Shown: positions 53,255 through 64,000 of the stretch, piece by piece
Layout of the letters: each line of letters opens with the position of its first letter
How positions within the stretch are numbered: the stretch's first letter is position 1
Source of the DNA: Octopus vulgaris
Taxonomy: Eukaryota
Assembly: GCA_951406725.2 (NCBI GenBank)
Contig: OX597835.1
Coordinates: 18,662,001 to 18,726,000, forward strand
Direction of reading: 5' to 3'
DNA: 64,000 nt
The notes under the pieces: generated by a model
What the model was told of the DNA's origin: nothing
Database searches by the model: none
The model's input: only the letters and a program-made list of their open reading frames with translations
Position numbers and translations under genes: made by a program

Positions 53255-53653
53255 CTAGCAGTATCGCCCGGCGTTGCTCGGGTTTGTAAGGGAAATAACT
53301 ATATAAGCATTTTTAGAGAGTTATAGCCAAAAAATAGCAAACAAATTGCATTAAAAATGGAAAAAAATGATGGTAATTTTTTTTAAAAATCGTTGACTCA
53401 TCGTAGACATTTTTAGAGAGTTACTTCCCTTATATAATAGTGAAAAGAATGCATTAAAATTGAAAAAAATGATGGTAAATTATTTTTTAAATCGTAGACT
53501 CATCGTAGACGCGCGCTAATACCCAGAAGGGCTCGATATGAATCACGACTATAAGATACCCGCTTTTGGTTACACTGCACCGCAAAATGTGGGAGTAGTT
53601 AGGAATCTAAATCGTAGGAGACAGACACACAACTTGACTTTTATATATAAAGA
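53255..53653 (-). mobile_element. Non-autonomous Helitron, 5' type 2, complete
   Basis: Minus strand A^TCTTTATATATAAAAG...CCCGAGCAACGCCGGGCGATACTGCTAG^T, with an internal ~100-bp tandem duplication. Confidence 0.88.
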
Positions 53654-53824
53654 TTATAGTTTTTTTTCACTTCGATCATCATTTTAAATTTGCCGTGGCT
53701 ATAAAAATGGTAATAGAGCACATCGATGTACTCACTTTACCAGCGTGCTTCCATGCTGAAGTCGACTTTGCTCAAATTCTTGAAAGGAAGAGAAGCAGGA
53801 CTAGCACCAGCCACTGACTTCTGA

Positions 53825-54215
53825 TACTCTTTTACTCTTTTACTTGTTTCAGTCATTTTGACTGCGGCTATGCTGGAGCACCGCCTTTAATCGAGAAAAT
53901 CGACCCTGTGACTTATTCTTTGTAAGCCCAGTACTTATTCTATCGGTCTCTTTTGCCGAACCGCTAACTGACGGGGATGTAAACACACCAGCATCGGTTG
54001 TCAAGCAATGCTAGGGGGACAAACACAGACACACAAACACACACATATATATATACGACAGGCTTCTTTCAGTTTCCGTCTACCAAATCCATTCACAAGG
54101 CATTGGTCGGCCCGGGGCTATAGCAGAAGACACTTGCCCAAGATGCCACGCAGTGGGACTGAACCCGGAACCATGTGGTTGGTTAGCAAGCTACTTACCA
54201 CTCAGCCACTCCTGC
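53825..54215 (-). mobile_element. SINE family A, inserted at the 3' part of an RTE fragment
   Basis: Full head and tail match. Confidence 0.93.
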
Positions 54216-54224
54216 TTTTTAATT

Positions 54225-54700
54225 TTTTTCAGGAACAAAAGGGAATTTTACTTCGCTTCAGATTGACTTTTAGTGTGTGTTTGCAGCTCAAGACTGGCCT
54301 TCCACATGGTATTTCTATGCTAAATTTATCAATGAGAAGTTGCTTCAGAGTTCTGATATCGTTAGAGATGACCTGATCATTTAAGCAGTATTTAGATAAG
54401 GATGGCTTCAGTACCTCATAGCATTTTGTTAGCACTTCATTGTTACGAATATGGTCATTCGATTTTAAATTGGAGATCGTATCCAAGCATCACCTATGAA
54501 AAACGCGAAGCTGGTTAATAAGTTTACGGTACAGGGTACATGGTTCAAGCAATGATCTCAAAATCCCCGAATTGTATACATCGACTTTCATATTCAACGA
54601 TATATCGTGATTGTTCGAAAGCTTGTGGTAAACATTTTTGAACTTGAACGCTTCTCATCTAATTCCTAATTCTAAGATGGATTGGTTTCTTCAAACATCA
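54225..54700 (-). mobile_element. RTE-type LINE fragment (post-RT C-terminus)
   Basis: HDISLNMKVDVYNSGILRSLL.EPCTLYRKLINQLRVFHR*CLDTISNLKSNDHIRNNEVL ... KQLL...GRPVLSCKHTLKVNLK matches the RTE IS..TK..VY...L..LLYG.E.WT...FH.RCLR.I.....D.I.N.EVL pattern. Confidence 0.85.
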
Positions 54701-55527
54701 CAGACTTAAAGTCAGAAGCAACACAAACAGCGACAACAACAACAACAATACCAACTACAAAAATGTTTTATTGATTCACTAAACCTTTTTGTAGGTTACA
54801 CATTTGAAAGTGCAAAATAGTATAGAATATCCGAAAAACTTTCAAATTGATTTAAATGTTTGCTGAAGAACTGTGTGGGAAGTTGTGTGTGCGTGTTCGA
54901 CGTGTATCTGTGGGAGAAATAAAGTAAGAGTATTTCTGTGTATGTGTGAGGGAGAGAGAGCGCGAGTGAGAGAGAGAGATTGTGTATATATGCGTATATA
55001 TGTGCCTTTTCTGTGTAATTGTGTATGTGTGTTTGCGGTCGGTCGCTTGTGTTTGGGAGAAACCGTATATACTACTCTTTAAATTTACAGAAAGAAGTAA
55101 TAAAATTCCTTATTATATCTAAAAAAAAATTACGGCAATGTTATAAACAAATTTTAATGTTAAAAAATATTAATCTAAAAAAAACTAATAACATTCAGTG
55201 ATATGTGTGTGTGTTTTTACACACACACACACATATATATATATTAGAGTAGGTACAGTGATGTGTATAGACATACATACAGATTTATATTATATGTATA
55301 CATACATATATATATATCTATGTATATATATTTACATGCATATATACGTAGATGTATATATTATACATGCATATATATATATACATATATACATATAAAT
55401 GTATATATGTTTCATTATATGTATTAAATATTAAGTAATATTAACGTATATAATACTCATGATATATATACACATAAATATATACATATACATATATATA
55501 TATGTGTATATATATATATGCATACAT

Positions 55528-55610
<83 letters not shown>

Positions 55611-55628
55611 TATACATATATATATGTG

Positions 55629-55689
<61 letters not shown>

Positions 55690-56456
55690 AATTTTGGGGC
55701 TTCGTCTAATTGGTTTCTTACATCTAATGAAATATATTACGTTAGATTTTTTATAGCAATGCAAGAAATTGAAGATGTCAGTCTGTGTCGATAATTTAAT
55801 TTCTATAAAATCACGGCTGCTACGTCGAGGACTAACAGACTGACGGATTTGAGGCTGGTTCACTCGATCACTTTCAACATATCTAATATGAGTGTTTTCA
55901 AGATTCCGCATATCGCAGCAGACAACTGTGTCATTCTAGGAATATTTTCTTGAAAACAGGACAAGGCGATTGTTCAGCAATAGTCCCGATTAAGTAATTC
56001 TCAGATCAACAGTATTTAAACCAGGTTTATATAATTTGTGGCTAATACGGACACGCACAACACAAATCAGAGGCACATAGACACACACATACAACCACGC
56101 GCGCACACATCGCACGCACACACATGAATATAAGATACAAAGGAAAATTAGGATGTAATTTATATGACAAATCATACAAAAATTGAGACTCTGTTGCGCA
56201 TATAGTTAGGAAACACGGTGTGTCCAAAAACGTAATGTCTATGGTTTACAAATGGAGGATATAGAGAGATAAAAGCCAATTTCCAGATTTCCAGACTTCC
56301 GACGCCCGGTTTCATGGTTTGTTGAAGGCAAAGTATTTGGTCAGAAAGCTACATACGTTCGAATATGCACAAAAAGCATATATATATATATATATATATA
56401 TACATGCATACTACTCATATATATGCATAAATATTATACGTAGATATACACATATA

Positions 56457-56511
<55 letters not shown>

Positions 56512-56678
56512 AATATATACGCCCATACATATCGATATATATATATGTATATTTATACATGTATATATATAAATATATATATATATAAATATATATACAT
56601 ACATATATAGGTACATACATATATGCACGCGAGTGTATATATATAAATATGTATACATATACATGTGTGTGTGTATGA

Positions 56679-56854
<176 letters not shown>

Positions 56855-57613
56855 TATATATGCACGTGTATTCCTGTACGCATGTGCGTTATACGGAACC
56901 ACTTTATGCTCCGTCGTTGTTTTTACAAAATGGCAACCCTCACTTACGAACATGACATTAATGGCGCCGCTATTGCTTTTATATTACGACATTAATGACA
57001 AAATCTGTCCCACTGCATCAGTTTGCTCCAAATTCTTGTAGGTAATGTGTCTTTTATTCCTATCATTTATTTATGTTTTCATTTTATAACCAACTCTTAC
57101 TTTTCTAACCAAAATTTCATGTCCTTTGTTTTCGCGGAATGATGGGACTATAATCTTTTCAGCCATTTTACTTATCTCATTTAAGCGCAATTAAATTCAC
57201 GTAGATTTCTTTTTGTTGTATTTTATTCAGTTTGTTTCCCTTCTTATTTTCTTCTTTATTTATTGCTTTTTTTTCTCTTGTTTGTTTTGATTTCAGAGTG
57301 TGTTTGTGTTCACGTGTATGCGTGTAAGGGAGTGTTTGCGTTTGTGTTTCTACGTATGGTTGCTAGAGTAATATAACTGACCGTTTTAGTTGTTGTTCTC
57401 AACGTCATCGTCACCATCATCGTCATCAGCACCAGCACCACCAGCACTACCAATACCACCGCTAACACCACGAACACTAGTACCGGCATCATCATCAGTA
57501 CCATCACAATTACCAACACTATCATCGTTGTCATCATGATCATTATCATCGCCACTATCATCATCACCATCCTCTTCAGCAACAGTATCTTGTGGGCAAT
57601 AAAGAACCGACTG

Positions 57614-57925
57614 CTATTATTATTTTGGTTTGGCTCAGATTTGGTCGTAACGCTGGTAGCATTTGCGTGGTTAGCGGGTTACTACACGTAACCTTAGCTA
57701 TCCACAGCTTTTCAGCTGTATTTCAAATACTGAGGAAGCTCCTGATAATCCTTGCTCTCCCTAAGAGACAAACTTTCTGTGGGAGTTCTACCGGCCATTC
57801 TATTCCAATCCCCTTCAACCATTTGTCTATATTTTTGCTTAGTGTTCCCAACGCACCAACTATTATAGGCACGACCTTGACGGTTCTCATACTCCAAATT
57901 CTTGCAATTTCAAATTTTCAAGCAT
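57614..57925 (-). mobile_element. R4/Dong-type retrotransposon extreme 3' end (another family)
   Basis: IARIWSMRTVKVVPIIVGALGTLSKNIDKWL...QKVCLLGRARIIRSFL*, then a 3' UTR ending in (AAT)3. (TAA)n on its 5' side. Confidence 0.85.
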
Positions 57926-57929
57926 TTCC

Positions 57930-57982
<53 letters not shown>

Positions 57983-58374
57983 GAGTGAGAGAGCAGTTCA
58001 TGCCATCAAAGTGACACTGGGGTAAAATATACGAAGCCCAATATACCCATCATGACTACCCGTCTGATAAGGCACGTGCATCACAACCATATGTGCGCGA
58101 CATGGTGATCTTATATCAAGATAAACAGCACATGACCTTGCAGGTGGGGCCCAGTTAAAAATTTCTTTAGGTTGAGTAGCCCATCCTGCTCAAAAGGTCC
58201 CTGAATAAGGGTTGTTTAAGGATGTTGAAAGAACCACCCATGTTTCCAGAGGTGAATTATTCAAATCCCAAAGAATCCCTCTCAACACATGGCTATGATG
58301 CTCCCCCACTACTTCTGCTCGTGATCAGAGATGCACATATCGTCAGCCACTAAGGGACATGCTCAACTGGTTAA
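57983..58374. mobile_element. ~390-bp non-coding insert embedded in (TTA)n
   Basis: A complex, more GC-balanced block with sharp boundaries against (TTA)n on both sides; no ORF or tRNA head recognised. Confidence 0.5.
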
Positions 58375-58377
58375 CAA

Positions 58378-58405
58378 TATATTATTATTATTATTATTAT
58401 TATTA

Positions 58406-58487
<82 letters not shown>

Positions 58488-58562
58488 CAGTAGTAGTAGT
58501 AGTAGTATTAGTATTAGTAGTAGTAGTAGTAGTAGTACTAGTAGTAGTAGTAGTAGTGGTAA

Positions 58563-58634
<72 letters not shown>
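58378..58634. repeat. (TTA)n-(TAG)n microsatellite
   Basis: Read directly. Confidence 0.95.
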
Positions 58635-59778
58635 AACAAATTTGGCCAGAGTTTGAAGAGATATTTGTTCTAAATTCTTCGTTTCTTTACAACCTGTTTT
58701 CAAATCCTTCGTAGATTACACTCTCCATCTTTCGGGGAACAATATGGTATGCGACAAATTACATAATTTGGCCGATGCTATCAGCTAGTGTCCTTCACTC
58801 AAAATCTTTGGCTTTAAACTTAAACCTCTAACAATTAATTTCTTTTTCCTTTTTTGGCGAAATTTTGTCTTGTTCTCATTATTGAAACTTAGGTATTTAC
58901 AATACTTGTGAATGTAAGCTATGAAACACGCTGTAAATGTGTTTCAATCCACCTATTGCCCGGACAAATTAATCTCTTCTACGCCAAATTTTACAACCGC
59001 AAGATGAGGTAAGAATGCCCGGACTCGGTATTTGTCGCATTGGTTTTTCGCTAAATGAAACATTCCATCTGCACATGGCTCGAACACAGATCATAGCAAA
59101 ATATCGCTGTATTAAATTGGTTGATCCTGGCCTTTGGCAATTGGCCTTCGTGTAGAGATATTCGCAATTGATTCAATGAGATGCCTTTGACAAAATATTT
59201 CATATATCTACTCTTACATCCCTTGATTGCAATGTACACTAGTTCGGATGGTTACATTATATTTAATCCAAAATTGAGACATTCACAAATGCTACAGCTT
59301 CAGGCTAGACGTCTGGGAGTAACAACGGATAAGTTGGTGGCCGATACTTTCAATACACTGTAACACACCAAGAGTTTAATGTCATACTCAGGACCACATC
59401 TATTGTTCTGAATGGATATAAAAAATTGCATAGTGGTTTTAGTAGACAAAAACCACGTTTTTCAACAATGTGTAATTCCTTCTGTCTACATGAAACACAA
59501 TAATTTAATTAGTGTTAATATATTTATTACAGAAGTAAGAAAAAAAAAAAGAAAAAGAAAAAAAGAAACACAGATGAAAATAACCCAATGATTAATTTTA
59601 GTTTCATGTTTTCTTCAACTAAAGTAATATTTTAGCTGCGTCAACAATATAATGTACTTCGTAACTAAGTTAACAGATTATTGCGCTATGAAGTTTGGCT
59701 AGCGAAATAGTGGAGGAGTATCAGTAACTTTATGAACAATATCATCAACATATATGTGTGTGCTGTGCTCTGTGTATG

Positions 59779-60270
<492 letters not shown>

Positions 60271-61053
60271 ATTTTATGACAAGAAACACACCGTGAGTGT
60301 CAACCCAACACCATTTCGGCGATTGAAGGGGACTCTTTCAAAGAGAGAAAGAGCGGGAAACTCGTGGAGAAAGGATATGAAACCGCAGTATTTTACGGGT
60401 TTCTTCACCGATTAACAAAAATACAAAGCTACATGTATGCAGAATGGATTGGAACTCAGTGAACCTTTACTTATGCAGCAACGGTTATTGTTATCAAACG
60501 ATCTAACGCGTCTGCTATTTCCATTGTTTTACGTTGGGTGAATTTAGTAAATATAACAGAAAAAATTGGTTAAGTAAAGAATAAATCAGAATATAAGACA
60601 TACAACCCACTTGACACAGAGAAGTTGCTTTAATGTAAATGACTTTGCTTCAAGTCAAGAGAGACCATTATTAATAGGAAAGCATGGCATTTGATGGTCG
60701 GCACTTGACAAGGTCACTTTTCAGACAGGTCCACAAGGTAGGTTTCAATATATTTGCTACGTCTCTATTTACTTATGGTTCTGTTTTCAAGTGAATACAA
60801 ACTCCGTGAACTTTACAACACTCTTTGTCATTAATCTCATCAAAGATTTCGATTTTATTTAGCCCCAGGACAACACTGACTCTTGAGAGTAATCGGCAAA
60901 TGTGTTCCAGGTAGGTGAGAATATCCTCACACACATATATATATATGTATATGTATATGTATATATATATATATTTATACATATATATACATATATATAT
61001 ACATATATGTATAAACATATATATGTATATATATATATATATATATATAAACA

Positions 61054-61093
<40 letters not shown>

Positions 61094-61520
61094 TGTGTGT
61101 GTGTGTGTATGTATATATCTTCCGCATTCGTTTATATTGCGCAATGCATCGCTTCTTTCTAAATGGCAGTGAGGTTGAATTTTTAGGGAATGATGCTGCT
61201 GTTTCTACCAGGGTTTAGTAGTATTTACAAAACGAAAACAACAAGCGATCGCGTTGTAGTATAAGTACAGTAATTCAGTGAGAAGAACTTTATAGATTCA
61301 CTGGTGGACATAAAATATAAAAATCGATAAAAGGGTTATAGCGCATGCTTTAGTATTTACAGGATGTCTTAAACAAAAAGAATGTATACACACACACATA
61401 CACACACGTACACACTCGCAAACACATGAACACACTTATACATACATATGAAACCAAATACGCATTAATAAAAAATAATATGATGCAATGTATATATATA
61501 TATATATATATATATACATA

Positions 61521-61792
61521 CAGGGTGGCTCAAAAGTAAGTCTACACTCATTCAACTGTTTCTTTCATATTCATATATTAACAGTTTAGATCTTAATTAC
61601 AAAAAAAAAATCTGAAACCATTATTCCACAAGATGGAGCACCTCCACATTAACCGTTGAGAATAAGAGACTTCGTTATCTAAGCCTTTCCACAGCGTTGC
61701 TTTGGAATACGGGGCAGCATTGAATGGCTACCACGTTCGCATGAACATCAGTGAATTTATTTTTTCGAGGTGTTGTAAAGAACAAGGTTTAT
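61521..61792 (+). mobile_element. Internally deleted mariner-superfamily (rosa/DD41D-like) remnant
   Basis: TA-CAGGGTG start, then degenerate F(Q)QDGAPPH, EWLPRS and FF.GVVKNKVY motifs. Confidence 0.65.
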
Positions 61793-62704
61793 GAGAGAGA
61801 GATAGAGAGAGAGAGAAAGTCTTACATATATACGCATATACAAATACGCATATACAAATACGCAATTATCCGCACACACCAACGTGCGCACACATACGCA
61901 CGCACACACACATATGATAAAAAATAGGAACTAATGATAAAGGATGTAATGGAATGTAAAGAAACGAGAGAAAACTGGCAGTAATTCTGGAAAAATGTCC
62001 CAAGGAAATAACACTATCTCTGCCCAGGACTTGAACAACAGAAGACCAAAAAATATATGTTAAGTAACTTGAGTTGTAAATTGCCTTTTTATTAAATTTT
62101 TTTTCCGCTTCCAGAGAAGTTTAACCAATCATGTGTTGAAATTGTCATCAACACCTTAGAAACAAGGGACATATCTTTAAGCAAAAAATAAACAAAAATA
62201 AAATAATAATTCTCAAAATTTAAGAAGCCATGAAAGCAGACAGAAGAAAATAATACCAAGAAAGAAATGCTCTGAGATGATCTGAAGACAAGGGGATTAC
62301 TCTAGAAGACAATGCAGAATATTCTGTATTGACATCAACGAAAGACATCGTGTGATTCGTAATTTAAATAGCGAATGATAAATAGTAGAGCAGATATTGA
62401 TGCGGTCTCCGGATATGATTGCGTATCTTCTATAACATATTCTGACAGATTATATACCTTGGGGAAGGACACCATATTTGCATTTGTATGAACTGATAAG
62501 GTCTATGTTATATCAATGTGTTATGAAGTAATCACTTGATAATTAGTCAGAATATCGCGATAGATATTTGCATTTGTAATCATAAAGTTGACTAGATCGT
62601 CTTCGAATCCCCATTTCAAATAAGTTTTAAGGGAATATCTTTAGAATTTTAATATGAATAAGAACGTCAGTAAATCTTGAATTTTCAATGTGAACAGTAA
62701 TATT

Positions 62705-63155
62705 AGTTTGAAATTTTGGTACAACGCCAGCATTTGAATGGGTGAGGTTTAGTCGAGTCGATTACATCGTCCCCAGTATTCAACTGGTACTTGGTTTATA
62801 GGCCTCGAAAGTATCAAAGTCAAAGTCGGCCTCAAGAGAATTTGCTCTCAGAATGTGCAGACAGACGAAATGACGCTAAGCATTCTGGTCAACCTGCTAA
62901 AGATACTCCCAGGTCCCGCTTTATGTATACAATAAAATTAGCATTTCTTTTAAAACGAAAAGCTAGCAGATTCTTTACGGTATCGGAGAGAATGCCTACC
63001 AACGTCTTCCGATTTTACTTTCTGATTTCAAATGCTGTCTGGGTCGACTTTTTATTTTATTATTTTGGGACCGATAAAGTAAGTACAAATTGTGTAATGG
63101 CATTTATGTAATAGATTTTCCTTACCCACGAAATTACTGGCCTTACGCCAAATAT
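62705..63155. mobile_element. Two degenerate SINE family B copies in inverted orientation (- 62705-62920, + 62985-63155)
   Basis: gtcgattacatcg.ccccagta...caaagtcggcctc, and gggtcgacttt...gggaccgataaa. Confidence 0.6.
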
Positions 63156-64000
63156 TGAAATTAATATTTCATTTATTTTCTTGGAACCATATTTTGGCTT
63201 CATGCACTAACCCTCTTTAATGTTTGATATACACAGTATTGAAATGCTTCTTTATTGAACCTAGTTTTAAATTTTGAACATTTAAAGATAAGTTCGAAAC
63301 CCATCCTCACATTGCACCACAGTAAAATTTCTCTTACTGAATTTTAGGTGTGTAATAATTCTGATAGAAATAATGCTTGCCAATAATTTCTATGCCGTAC
63401 TTGTCTTTACCTGTTAAAGCACACAATTTTCGCTAGGTATTTGCTTATTTGCCGCATACAATAAATTTCCTGACATATTTATATTTTATGTAGCATCAAA
63501 CAATTTTCACTTCACACAAAAAATCCCTACCATTTATGTTTTAGACTTTATACACCCAAAAGACCTCCATAAAAAAATTTCAAATAAAAAATATAGAAAC
63601 ATAATAAATAAATTAAATGAAAGTTATGCTCTCGTAGAAAACTTTGCCTAGGCCTTTAAAGTTGGACGCATGTTTTTTTTTTTTTTTTTTTTTTTTGAAG
63701 TTGATTAATGCATTAGGGGATTAATATTAATCAAAACCGATCCCTTTTCTATATCACGATCTGCTGATATAGTGTATTGGTGGCTTTTTAACGAGATTAT
63801 ATTCCCCTTGCAAGAAAACCATAAAAAGACATGATTTTACTTAGATTCTGAATTGGATATTCATCTCACGGGGATCCCTATTTTGTTTTCCCCAACAATA
63901 AAAAATAAATGAAAATAATAAAGTTATATATTTCTTGCCTTGGCACGGCTAAGTAATGAAGATTATGTATTTTGAATTAATCCCAGTAGACGGGACGAAG

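Noticed and set aside
55740-55911. Minus ORF MRNLENTHIRYVESDRV... as a first coding exon
   Set aside because: It has no recognisable domain or clear splice donor, and the ORF length is inflated by running into (TA)n.

Overview
This is AT-rich eukaryotic non-coding DNA. I infer an octopus (coleoid cephalopod) genome from the SINE families and the extreme microsatellite load; this is from recall, not a database search. I find no intact protein-coding gene: nearly all listed ORFs are translations of (TA)n/(CA)n/(TATG)n/(TAA)n tracts or of SINEs. The window is a mosaic of repeats: three tRNA-derived SINE families; non-autonomous Helitrons (two 5' types sharing one 3' end) plus a RepHel remnant; a full-length decayed Tc1-like DD36E transposon, a mariner-type remnant and a hAT MITE; and R4/Dong-type, RTE and CR1 LINE fragments. 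It also has many Penelope-like element (PLE) pieces embedded in (TA)n. The most interesting signals are: (i) several type-I hammerhead ribozymes, two of them inside long palindromes that place a core on both strands; (ii) a recurrent three-helix RNA-like motif with compensatory changes, shared by otherwise divergent (TA)n-abutting repeat termini; (iii) two unidentified decayed coding-like tracts.
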